Made by a program: the position numbers and the translations under genes. The notes beneath the pieces are model-generated. The model worked only from the letters and a program-made list of their open reading frames with translations, made no database searches and was not told the origin of the DNA. Shown in pieces: positions 19,383 through 29,302 of a stretch of 45,908 nt of DNA. Each line of letters opens with the position of its first letter. Position 1 is the stretch's first letter. The stretch is from Prasinococcaceae sp. CCMP 1430 (Eukaryota; Plantae; Prasinodermophyta): contig RQSC01001001.1 in the NCBI GenBank assembly GCA_013416795.1, forward strand, positions 1-45,908. The letters run 5' to 3'.

Positions 19383-19731
19383 CGTGCGAGGCGAGGGGGC
19401 GGGGGGGCGGGGAGGGGGGGGGGGGCACGGCGGGCTGACGTGGGCAAGAGACCCACGCCGCCTGCCGTGCCTTCCCTGCCGTGACAGTGGGCACGCGCGG
19501 TCTGGCGCCGGCCGCCGGCCGCCTCGGAAACCGGCGGCTGACGCCACCCGGTGCCACGGCAGGCCAGCAGAAAAGCTGGCCTCGGAAACGAACCCACAAC
19601 AGGACAGGAAGACAGGAGCAGGCACTGGGATGCGCCACAGCACACGCCCTGCCCCACCCCACCCCACCCCACCCCACCCCACCCTCCGGGGCGGCGGGGC
19701 GCAGCGCGCGGTTGCTGAGCGCGCGCACGCC

Positions 19732-21861
19732 ATGTTGCCGCTCGCCAGCGCCGAGGAGGAGGGCGTGGGCGTGTCCGGCGGCAACTGTGGGAGGGGCGGC
19801 GGCGGAGGACACGACGGTGCGGGCGATGCCCTGCTCAGCACAGGCGCGCGGCCGGGCCGCGAGCGGGGTGCCCGCCCCGGCGGCGACCGTCGCGCCCTGG
19901 CGCGCGGAACGGACCGTCCCGGCGCGCTGGCCGCGGCTGTACGCTTTGTGTCCGGCTGGTTGGCCGGCCTTCTCAACGCTGTGTTGCAGATGCTCGCGCT
20001 GGTGCCGCACGCAGTGTTTGCGGCGTTTGCGCTCTTGCAGGCTGTGCTGTACCCGTTGATCGAGGTCGTGCCGCCGCACGTGTGGTCAGCGATAGGTCAA
20101 GCGTTATTCAGGGTGGGCTACTTGGTGTACTTGACGCGCGTGGGCCAGTGGCTCCATGATTTCGGCGTGTGGCGCTGGCGGAGGCGGCCAGAGCAGCGGA
20201 AGAAGATGCATTCCGTCGCGGTCGTGCCAAATGCGCTCGCAACGTGCGACGTGGTTGTGGTGCCTATGCTCTCAGACAACTACTGCTACGTCGTGATCGA
20301 CCGTGCGACGCGCCAGGCGGCCCTTGTGGACGCGTCAGTGCCGTATGACGCACTGAAGGTCGCCACCACACGAGGCGCCGACGTGACCATGCAGCTGGTG
20401 ACGCACCGACACTGGGACCACGCGGGCGGCGTGCGACGCGTACGTGCCAAAGTTGGAACCGCCGCTCGGGTGGTCGCACCGCGCGGGGAGTGCGTCCCGC
20501 TGGCCGACACGCTGCTCGTGCATGGCGACAGGGTATCGCTCGGTGCAACGACGCTTGTGTGCATCGAGACGCCATGCCACACCCCGCATCACTGTGTGTA
20601 CGCAATCGTGCCGGCACCAGATGCGCCGCTCAGCGCAGCCGAATGCGTGTTCACGGGCGACGCACTCTTCTCCGGCGGCGTGGGCGCCTTCTTTCACGGC
20701 ACTGCGGCGGATTGCTATGCGTATACGCACGGTAAGCTCGACGTCCTGCCGGGCTCGTGCAAAGTCTTCTGCGGCCACGAATACACGCTCACGAATGCCC
20801 GCTTCGCGACGTGGCTCGAGACTACCAATGCGAGCGCCTCGGGGTGTTCGGCGCTGGGCATTCAAGAGAACCCGAGCAGTGCCCTTGGGGGCGGCGCGCT
20901 TGGTGTGAATGGTGCGGGCATCAACGGCGTACACGGGTGCGTCGCAAGTGGCGGCAGCAGCGGCAGCGGCTGCGGCAGCGGCGAGGCGAGCGAGGCAATG
21001 GCTTCAAATGACGCGGGCGGCGCTCAGGAGGCGTCTCAAGGCGCTCAGAAGGCTACAACCGGCGCGCAAGCTGCGCTGCGCCAGCCGGGCGGCATGATGG
21101 CCCAGCCTCGCCGGATGCTTCTGCGCGGCGGCGACAGGGCACCCGGTTCGAGCGTGCTCGTCGGTGATGATTCCAGCCCAGTCGCGAAGCGGCTCTCTTG
21201 GGTGGTGCGCCGGCGTGCGCTTGGGCTGACGACCATGCCCAGCACCATGCAAATCGAACGCGACACAAACCCCTTCCTGCGCGCGGATGACATGGACTTT
21301 CGTTCCATGGTAGCCGAGCGCCTCCAGAGTCTGCGCGAGGACTGGGCGGGCATCGACAGGGCTGTGGCCCGTGCCCGCCGCGAGTGCGAGCGCTGCGTGG
21401 AAGCTGGCAGTGCAGAGGGCGACAAGGCCACGTCTGCGGAATTGAGCCCCTTCCTCGCCCGCTCTGGCGTTGAGCTCACGCGGCAGCTGACGCTTTTGCT
21501 GTCCATCTACCGCAGCAGCCCGGAGTTTGCGGCGGCGCCCAAGGCGTGTTGCGAGGCGGGCGTGTGCGTGCGCCATCGCTCGTGTGCTGGCGTCGTGTGG
21601 TCACCCGACCGCCTGGCGGCGGCGATCGCGCAAACGCGGCAGGTGATGTTCAATGTGCAGATCCAACTGGCGCCGACGATGGCGGTCACCAACGGCATGC
21701 GTGCGAATGGCACTGGCGCCAGCGCTCGGGGCAGAGACGCGGGCGTGGCACAAGCGGTCATGGACGCGACGCGCAGCCCGCTCACTCCTCCGTTCGACCA
21801 CAGCGAGGAGCTGCCCCCGGAAGCTGTTGTGGTCGAGGTCGAAACAAATCACAGGTGTTGA
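19732..21861 (+). CDS. PNKD/glyoxalase II-like metallo-beta-lactamase hydrolase (hydroxyacylglutathione hydrolase family), 709 aa
   Basis: MLSDNYCYVV, THRHWDHAGG, TPCHTPHH, FTGDALFSGGVG, VFCGHEYT and PSTMQIERDTNPFLR. A hydrophobic N-terminal segment and LFRVGYLVYLTRVG resemble PNKD-type members. Confidence 0.85.
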   Translation: MLPLASAEEEGVGVSGGNCGRGGGGGHDGAGDALLSTGARPGRERGARPGGDRRALARGTDRPGALAAAVRFVSGWLAGLLNAVLQMLALVPHAVFAAFALLQAVLYPLIEVVPPHVWSAIGQALFRVGYLVYLTRVGQWLHDFGVWRWRRRPEQRKKMHSVAVVPNALATCDVVVVPMLSDNYCYVVIDRATRQAALVDASVPYDALKVATTRGADVTMQLVTHRHWDHAGGVRRVRAKVGTAARVVAPRGECVPLADTLLVHGDRVSLGATTLVCIETPCHTPHHCVYAIVPAPDAPLSAAECVFTGDALFSGGVGAFFHGTAADCYAYTHGKLDVLPGSCKVFCGHEYTLTNARFATWLETTNASASGCSALGIQENPSSALGGGALGVNGAGINGVHGCVASGGSSGSGCGSGEASEAMASNDAGGAQEASQGAQKATTGAQAALRQPGGMMAQPRRMLLRGGDRAPGSSVLVGDDSSPVAKRLSWVVRRRALGLTTMPSTMQIERDTNPFLRADDMDFRSMVAERLQSLREDWAGIDRAVARARRECERCVEAGSAEGDKATSAELSPFLARSGVELTRQLTLLLSIYRSSPEFAAAPKACCEAGVCVRHRSCAGVVWSPDRLAAAIAQTRQVMFNVQIQLAPTMAVTNGMRANGTGASARGRDAGVAQAVMDATRSPLTPPFDHSEELPPEAVVVEVETNHRC

Positions 21862-21945
21862 CACTACGTGGGTCACACGGCCTCGTCCACCATCATAATA
21901 CCAATACACCACTGAAAGACTTCATTACACGTCCTCGTGTGGATC

Positions 21946-22869
21946 TCATGCGAGCCGCGAGTAGGCATCGTCCTCGATACCGCCGTCCCTAAGTACCGCG
22001 AGCGCGAGCGCGAGCCCCGCCGCGGCGAGCGCCGCCAATGCTCCGCCAGCAGCAGCCGACGCCCCAGCCAGCCATGCGGCCAATCCTCCACCCGCAGCAA
22101 GGCATGCCATGCCCAGAAGCGAGCGCCGCTCGCCCTGCGCTGGCGGCAGCTCGTCAGCGCGCGCGCGGGGTGGCGCGTCGCGCGTGAAGACGAAGCGCGA
22201 GCCGCGCGAGCCCAGGCCGAGGCGAACTCTGGAGTCGCAGTACGGTGTGTAGAGCTCCACTTCACTCTCGGGGCCGAAGCGCAGCGAGAGCGGCCCCAGG
22301 CGCAGCCGTGGCCGCTCAAAGCGCACACGCACGCCATCGCGTGCGTACAGCGCGCCGTCGGCACTCGCGCGCAGCGCCGCGGACGCGGCGACCGCCGCAA
22401 ATGTGCCCTGCAGCGACACGAAGCCGCGCATCACGCCGAAGAGCGAAAACTCGACCTTGTTCGAGCACTCGGCGTCCCCCGGACCAATGCACTGAAACAG
22501 CCCGCGCGTGCGGAACAGCGCACGTCCGAGGCGGCCGGTGAAGCGCCCGCCCGCGGGGCTGCCCTTCTGCGCTCCCCCGACGCTCTGGTAGGCCACCGTG
22601 TAATCACCAAACACAGAGTCGCCCTGCGACCGCCCGCGTGCGAGCGTGCTCTCAGGCGCGCCCGCGCCGGCCGCCTCAAGCTGGTCTATGAGTGCGTCGG
22701 CTTCGGCCTTGCGCTCGGCGCTGAGGGTCCTGCCGCAGTCTGAGTCACGAACGATGGCGAGCAGCCTGTCGACGAGCTCCGCCGTGTCCACGGCCTCGGC
22801 GGAGGAGGCGCCGCCTCCGCCCTCGGCCGCCCCCGCCGCCGCCGCCGGCCCGCCCGCACAGCGACACGC
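21946..22869 (-). CDS. PAP/fibrillin-domain plastid protein with C-terminal hydrophobic helices; 5' end unresolved
   Basis: LLAIVRDSDCGRTLSAERKAEADALIDQLEA (fibrillin N-terminal helix pattern), YTVAY, VEFSLFG, LYTPYCDSRVRLGLGSRGSRFVF. A GTGCAG acceptor-like site precedes 22869. Confidence 0.72.
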   Translation of the reverse strand, partial: ACRCAGGPAAAAGAAEGGGGASSAEAVDTAELVDRLLAIVRDSDCGRTLSAERKAEADALIDQLEAAGAGAPESTLARGRSQGDSVFGDYTVAYQSVGGAQKGSPAGGRFTGRLGRALFRTRGLFQCIGPGDAECSNKVEFSLFGVMRGFVSLQGTFAAVAASAALRASADGALYARDGVRVRFERPRLRLGPLSLRFGPESEVELYTPYCDSRVRLGLGSRGSRFVFTRDAPPRARADELPPAQGERRSLLGMACLAAGGGLAAWLAGASAAAGGALAALAAAGLALALAVLRDGGIEDDAYSRLA

Positions 22870-23325
22870 CTGCACCAGCGTGCATCATCCCGCCCCACCC
22901 CCCTGTCCCCGGCGTCGCCCGCAGCACCGAGCGCGCTCCCGCGTGCGCTCTGTGGGGCGAGCACACGCCCCCTTGCCCCGCCTCCTTATCCGTTCAGGAG
23001 GACTAGAGAGAGACTACAAAGTACTGCTTGCGAGATCCGCGCTCGCGTGCCTTGGGATGCATGGTGATTTTTGATGAGGGACTGTGGTGGAGTTGCGCAT
23101 GCACGTGCCATGCCTGCTCCCGCGACCGACTCGAATGCCCATCGGTCGAGAGCGGGTGCATTATTGGATTGCGAGCGCGCCGGAACATCGCGCCGCGTAC
23201 GCGCCGCGCCGCCCAGTCCTTTCGGGGGTGTCGCGCGCCTGCGCGTCGCCGTCGCCCGCGCGGGAATCGCGGACGCCACCAACCCAACAGGACGAGGACG
23301 ACAAAAAAAGTTGGCTGCGCGGCTG

Positions 23326-24705
23326 CTACTGCACCTCCACGCGCACCTCCTTGGCGGCCGCCTCATCAATGTCGTCCATGTGGCCGCCCGCCGTGACGTA
23401 TTTGCCAGCGGTGCCCGCCGCTGTGACGACTTCTGGTGGCTTCGTCGCGTCCTCCGGTGGCGTGCGGCTGGCGTCTGCGAGATCGAGCTCCAAACGGAGG
23501 CTCCGACGCGCGCCCGAGGTCCGGCGTGCGCCCGACGACGTGCTGTCGTCGTCAGCCTGGCTGCCGTCGTCGGCCTGGACATCCGCATGCTGCGATTTGG
23601 CGATGCCACACGCTCGCCGTACCCGGTCGCAGCAATCAAAGAGTACGAGAGGGCCACAACAGATCAGAGTGGCGCATGTAGCCCACAGTTCGCTCAAACT
23701 CCAGTCGTTGCAGGCTGCTATCGCACCCAAGACGGCCAGGCCCCAGAGGATGAGGAAACATCCACCGCACGCATAGAAGCTGCGAGCGGCGTGCTCGTAG
23801 GACGCCTTCGAGCGGCCGAAGTGGAAGGCACAATCCGTCGAGTTGCCCGCCTGGTAGACCGGGTCGTCCACCGATCTGACCGTCACGTTGAGCGAGACGT
23901 CGAATGGCGGAACCATGTTTTCGCAATGTCTGTCGGCATCGCTCGGCTTGCTCTTGACTGAAGACGCCTGGACGAAGCGCGAGTTGCAGATGTCCACCAT
24001 CAGCGAGAGTATCTCCCCGCCTGGACTCACGCGCGCAGCCAGCGCGAGTTCCGTCAGAAAGCCACCGTTCGACAGGAACTTTGGAACCTGGCAGTCCGAC
24101 TTCCACAGCCTGCCCCAGACGCCGCACTCAGAGAAGACGGTTTCGGTGTCGCACAACGTAAAGGGCGCCGAGACCTTCTGTCCGCCCAGGGTCGCATTCA
24201 CGAAGCTTGAAGCCCCTCGAACCGCCGTCCTCACACCCAGCTTGTGCGCCTTGGGCAGCGCGCCCTCCGGAGACGCGAGCGCCGCACCTCGTCGCATGGG
24301 CGGTGGCACATCATCTCTCTCGTCCCGGTCGCAGCAGCGTTCGGTACCCCTTGCGGCAGCGCTCTCCGGTGGCAGCCAGGCGAGTGGCAGCGTCACATCC
24401 CGGGCAGTGGGCTCGGGTCCCGGAAGCTGTAGCGCGACGCTCTCGCCTTCCGGCCAGGACAGCTCGAAGCGCGCCGCACCCTGCCCGCCGAAATCATCCC
24501 AGTCCAACAGCGCGGCGCTGTATGTGCCCAGCGCGGTACTGCGCGAGTCCTCCGTGGCGAGCTGTGCACGGCGTCCGCCGGTGATGATCGCAAAGACGGC
24601 GCCGATTGGCACGCCCACATACACCGCGATCACGAGCGGCACGAGCGGATTGTGAGAGCAGAGCATGGACCCGGCGCAACACTCCATCACCTCTAGTGCC
24701 CCCAT
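23326..24705 (-). CDS. Unknown membrane protein with two main TM segments flanking a Cys-containing ectodomain, 459 aa, intronless
   Basis: gccATGG start. TM1 LVPLVIAVYVGVPIGAVFAIITG and TM2 FYACGGCFLILWGLAVLGAIAAC, followed by a Cys-rich juxtamembrane segment and an acidic/low-complexity tail. No family recognised. Confidence 0.68.
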   Translation of the reverse strand: MGALEVMECCAGSMLCSHNPLVPLVIAVYVGVPIGAVFAIITGGRRAQLATEDSRSTALGTYSAALLDWDDFGGQGAARFELSWPEGESVALQLPGPEPTARDVTLPLAWLPPESAAARGTERCCDRDERDDVPPPMRRGAALASPEGALPKAHKLGVRTAVRGASSFVNATLGGQKVSAPFTLCDTETVFSECGVWGRLWKSDCQVPKFLSNGGFLTELALAARVSPGGEILSLMVDICNSRFVQASSVKSKPSDADRHCENMVPPFDVSLNVTVRSVDDPVYQAGNSTDCAFHFGRSKASYEHAARSFYACGGCFLILWGLAVLGAIAACNDWSLSELWATCATLICCGPLVLFDCCDRVRRACGIAKSQHADVQADDGSQADDDSTSSGARRTSGARRSLRLELDLADASRTPPEDATKPPEVVTAAGTAGKYVTAGGHMDDIDEAAAKEVRVEVQ

Positions 24706-25650
24706 GGCTGCTCTCGAGGATGCGAGCTCCTGAACGCCCCTCTAATGGCGAGCCGCAGTCAGTGCCTGCAGCACGGGAGCGCGCGCGCGCGCTTCTTGCG
24801 CGGATCACGGCCGCTTGGCGGTGCACGGGGCCCAGTTCCCCCCCTCCCCTCCTCCCCGCGCGCGCGCGCGGCGGTCAAGCGCCCTGGCGCACCCGCCGCT
24901 GCGCCTGCGCTCCCCTCCCCGGCCCCGGCCGCTCCGCTCCTGGCGCACCGCTCAGCTCCTGGCGCGCTGCCGGCGCGCCGCTGTCGCACCGCGCAGCGCA
25001 GAGCTGCGCCGCCGCTGCGCCGCCGCTGCGCCGCGCTGCGGCAGTGGCCTGCTCCACTGCGTCGCCGCCCCTCGGTGGGGGAACCGGCCCAACCGCCTCC
25101 TGCGCTGCTCTCTTGCTTGAGAGGCCAGCCGCAAGCCTCCAATGGGGTTCGGGATTTTGCACCTCAATCAAAGGCTCCAACCTAACGGGTTCGAGGTGGA
25201 GGCGGTGCCAATTCGGTGGTGCACATCGGACGCGTCCCCCGCGCGCGCGCGGGGGCGCGCGCCCGTTCGGACGAGCAAGCAAATCTAAGTCGACGAGTGC
25301 GGGTTCATCTGAGCGTGTGGGCGCGGCAGGGGAGGGGATGGGGGGCGTGCGGGGGGCCGGAGCGGCGGAGCGGCGACGGCGGGGAGGTGGGGAGTGGTGG
25401 GCGAGGCGTGTCGCACCTGTTGGCAGCGCGCGCGCCACACGGCCCGCGGGCCCTCGCGCGCCTTGCACGTGAGCGTGAGGGCCAGCGCCCGCGCGTGGCG
25501 GCGCCTCGCGCACCCGGCACCATCCGTGCGGCGAGGCCCGCAGAGGCGCCGGTGCGCCCCCCGTGAACGGGCCCACGAAGGTGTGCCCCGCGCGGGCTCT
25601 CCGTCGGGGACTCGCCAGCCAGCACGGAGTCTGGGGCGCCAGCGGCGCAT

Positions 25651-27063
25651 ATGCACTCCTCGCGCTCGGATGGCCACCCGCTGAATCATGCCAGCGCGCC
25701 CTGCGCCGCGAACGCGGCGGCGGCCGGCGCGTCCTCACCGCCGGCGCGCTTCGACGCTGATGCCTACCGAGAGGTGAACGCGCTTTCGAGTTGCCCCAAG
25801 GGCCGCGTGTATACCGCCGTGCGCGTGGGTGAGCATGCGGGCGTGAGGAAGGAGCAGCTCGTGGTGGTAAAGGTGTACTACAAAGCGCACGCCGCCACGG
25901 ACGAGGCGCGCTTGGCAGTCCTGCGCGAAATCGCGTGCATGCGCAAGGCCACCGACGCGGGCGTACCCAACGTGCTAAGGCTCATCGACGCCGGTGAAGA
26001 CTCCCACAACTGGTACATCGTCACAAATTACACGCCGTGCCCTGAGGGCGACCTCTATGGATACCTCCACAACATGGGCTCGACCCCGTGGGCCGCGGAG
26101 GACGTCGTGGACGTTGTGCTCAGACCATTGCTCGCAGCGCTCGACGGCCTGCACAAACTTCACATCTGCCACAGGGACATCAAGGTGTGCATGAGCACGC
26201 GCTAGCGCAGGTGACCGTGCGCAAGATATTTCCGCGCTGACGAATTACGCCCGTACTACACACGCGCGTGCGCACGCGCCTTTACTTGCCAGCCCGAGAA
26301 CATCCTGCTCGCACCGCGACCATTGGACGAAGCAGCGCGCGCGCACCGAGGAAGCAGAGCAAGCGCGTTGAGCTCGCCGCTCGGCGCGGCAGCTGAGACA
26401 CACCATGCGGAGACGCACCACGCGCGCGCGCCGCGCGCCAGTCTCGAGGGGAACCTGTCGACGCGGCTCGACATCTGCGGTTTACTGGGGCTCGGAAAGG
26501 CACTGTCCGCTCACGGAGGCCCGTGGGTGCCCCGCGGGAGACAGGCTGCGTCCGTTGCGCTCAGTCTGGAGAAAAGCACCGAGGCCGGCACAAAAAGCGA
26601 GGCAGGCACATTTCCGCTGCATGTCCCGCGACGACGACGCAGTACGGAGTCGGATGCGCCCAGTCTGCGCTTCCGCAGGGCATTGCTCGCCGATCTCGGC
26701 ATGGCGATCGACGCGGATCGAGAGCCCGATGCATCGATTGGACGAGCAGGTACCCTGGAGTATCAGGCCCCTGAGGTGCTGGCTGGCGCAGAGATCGCAA
26801 GGCCTGGTGCACTCGACGTGTGGGCGTTGGGCGTCCTCGCATTCGAGCTCCTCGCGGGCGTGACCCCATTCGAGTCCACCAACGAGCCGCGCACCATGGG
26901 CAAGATTGCTTTCGTCGACTGCTTCGAGGACGCGTCACGCCGTGCGCGCATTCCCAAGGGGTCGTACGCGGAGGACTTCATCCAGAAGGCGCTGGCCAAA
27001 GACCCTGAGCAGCGGCCTACAGTGGCGGAGCTCCTAGCGCACCCATTTGTGGCACAGACGTAA
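25651..27063 (+). CDS. Ser/Thr protein kinase (Aurora-like/CAMK-related); exons 25651-26184, 26293-27063
   Basis: VVVKVY, LREIACM, GDLY, HRDIK|PENILL across a GTGTGC..GCCAG intron, ADLG, GTLEYQAPEV, DVWALGVLAFELLAGVTPF and RPTVAELLAHPF. Confidence 0.88.
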
Positions 27064-27345
27064 TTTGTTCATGTACACTAGTTCCATTGCGCAACCGAGG
27101 CAGGTCGCCACGCGCGGCAGCTTTATTCGCGATGCTGCAGCACGCCGCACATAGACGGAGGACGGGGCGAGGCGGTGCCCCGAGCCCTGCACGCGTGTGC
27201 AGTGGTAAGCCACCGTGACCCGGTCCTGATCACTTTCCAAGAGACTTGAAGCGGTCGAACGTTCCAGCGCGTCTTCCTTTCCAAAAACAAAAAAATAACG
27301 CACATCAAATTGAATGAATTTCTTGGTGCATGACGCAGCATCAAA

Positions 27346-27357
27346 CAAAATGGCGGC
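27346..27357 (+). promoter_or_regulatory. YY1-consensus-like motif CAAAATGGCGGC / strong upstream ATG
   Basis: Exact match to the YY1-type consensus in the AT-richer region upstream of HEI10. Its ATG (27350) may also be a short first coding exon. Confidence 0.4.
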
Positions 27358-27719
27358 GGCGTGCGCGCATTTTGTTCACGCCGCCGCGTGCGACTGCCAC
27401 TCCGCACGCGCCAAGCCCCGCCCGTGCATGCCACCCTGTGCGCGCAGTGTGCAGCGCGCACTGCACAGAACGGGCGGCGCGTGCCGTGTGGCGGAAGTGC
27501 GGGACGGGCGGGCTGCAGGCAGCGCCGGCGATCGCTGCTGGCGCAAGAAACGCCTGTCGCTCCTTTCTTTTTTTTGCCAGAGAAAGAGCACGCACTCGGT
27601 CGGTGGTGGCCTACCAGTGCAGGGCTGCGTGATATCGCCACCAGTGCGTCTGCGCACCCGTGCGCGGAAGACAGTGGGCTTTCAGGAGGCTCCTTGGGAG
27701 TTGTGCCCCGCGCGGGGTC

Positions 27720-28838
27720 ATGAAGTGCAACATTTGCCAAGCGATCATGGAGGTCGAGGCGGTGGTTGTTGACTGCGGACACGCGTTCTGTCGCAATTGC
27801 TTCAGCAAGACCATGGCGGACAGCTGCCCTGTCTGTCCCCATTGTGACACGCCGCTAGGTGATGACAACTACCACATGCGCCAGGTCATGCCCGATACGG
27901 CCGCCCTGCGCGGCGTCCGACCCGAGCGCGCCATTGCCATGTTCGGCGAAGCTTTGACTTTTTGGGACAATCAGCGCGGCCTCGAGGACCAGATGTCGGA
28001 GCGCAAGCACATGAAGACCGTCGAGGCGTACAAGGCGCGCGAGCAGCAGTACAAGGGGCGCCTTAAGCAGTACAAGGATGGCTTGCAGGATGCCAAGAAG
28101 GAGATACAACAAGCCACTCATCTCAACGAACAGCTCAAAGAGGACAACCAAGAGCTTCAAGCGCGCTTTGCCGAAGTGAATAAGCGCGCCGTGCGGCTCG
28201 AGGAGAGGCTTCGCCTCATTGAGCAGGGAGACCGCAGAGGCGCGCCCGACCACGGCGCAATGATCATGCGCGAGGAAATGCAGCAGGCTCGCCACAGACA
28301 GCCTCAGCACCAGCGTATCATGGGGGCGCATCACGAGATACATTTCAGCCCTTCCACCACCCTAGACGCGCCCGTCGGTGGTGGCCCGCAGCTCATGCTT
28401 GCATCTCGCGAGGCGCATCGCAGGGGCATCATCAGCGACGGTCCCCTCACACTTGCCCCGAACACGACCACGCCTGCGCAGAAGCAGCGCCTTCTTCTCA
28501 CCACCGAGGCCTACACGCCCGTGCGCGCGGCTCGCTCCTCGCCAGGAGGCAGGTTGCAGTATGCCCCAGGCAGTGCCGCGCACAGCGGCTTGTCTGCGGG
28601 CCACGTAGGATACGACAATTCACCGATGGCCCCTAGGGGCAATCTTCGCGGCACGGGCTCCCTCAACAATGGCGGGAACCGCTTCAAGTCACACGCGCAC
28701 ACGGGGGGCCGCTCATCGAGTGGCGGTTTCGGGCTTGCGCGCACGACGGCCCAGGGAGTGCCAACTCTCCGCTCGCCAGCGAGGGCAGCGCCGCGCAGAT
28801 CAATCGATGTGAGCTACAAGGCCCCGCGCTACAGCTGA
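27720..28838 (+). CDS. HEI10: HEI10/CCNB1IP1 meiotic RING E3 ligase, 372 aa
   Basis: N-terminal RING MKCNIC..VVVDCGHAFCRNC..CPVCPHCDTPL, then ALRGVRPERAIAMFGEALTFWDNQ, a coiled coil (LKEDNQELQARFAEV) and a disordered Ser/Pro/Gly tail, which is the HEI10 architecture. Confidence 0.82.
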   Translation: MKCNICQAIMEVEAVVVDCGHAFCRNCFSKTMADSCPVCPHCDTPLGDDNYHMRQVMPDTAALRGVRPERAIAMFGEALTFWDNQRGLEDQMSERKHMKTVEAYKAREQQYKGRLKQYKDGLQDAKKEIQQATHLNEQLKEDNQELQARFAEVNKRAVRLEERLRLIEQGDRRGAPDHGAMIMREEMQQARHRQPQHQRIMGAHHEIHFSPSTTLDAPVGGGPQLMLASREAHRRGIISDGPLTLAPNTTTPAQKQRLLLTTEAYTPVRAARSSPGGRLQYAPGSAAHSGLSAGHVGYDNSPMAPRGNLRGTGSLNNGGNRFKSHAHTGGRSSSGGFGLARTTAQGVPTLRSPARAAPRRSIDVSYKAPRYS

Positions 28839-29302
28839 CGGAACTACCGAGCACGGGACTGTCGCCTCGCGGCTAGCGCCCTCAGCACATGCGTGCGTGT
28901 ACACTGCAGTGCACTCATGCGCACTCCTTCTGTGTCAGCGGGCTGACACGCAAAGTCGCAGGCACACATAGCTCGTACTTGCAAGCGAACTCGCGAATGG
29001 CGATTTTCAACCGGACTGACACCGCATTCACGGCCACAGCAACGCCCATGACATGGAGCAGCATCTACACTGTATTTCGTATCCCCTCTATTTCTATCCT
29101 GCATGCAATCTTCCAGTCACCCCAAGAACGAATGCAGCCGATCGATGTTTGCCACAGCTAGACTTGGGGCATGCACAGTAACATCTTCATTGTATGTACA
29201 CGGCGCTTGCCCTTGCGCATATCTTAGGCCAACTCGCGCTCAGCAGCGAGCACAGCGCAGCCACGCAAAACAAGCGAACGAAACGCAACAACGGGCATCT
29301 GC

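Noticed and set aside
25188-25194. GGTTCGA B-box-like motif suggesting a tRNA
   Set aside because: No cloverleaf, acceptor stem or correctly spaced A-box could be built.
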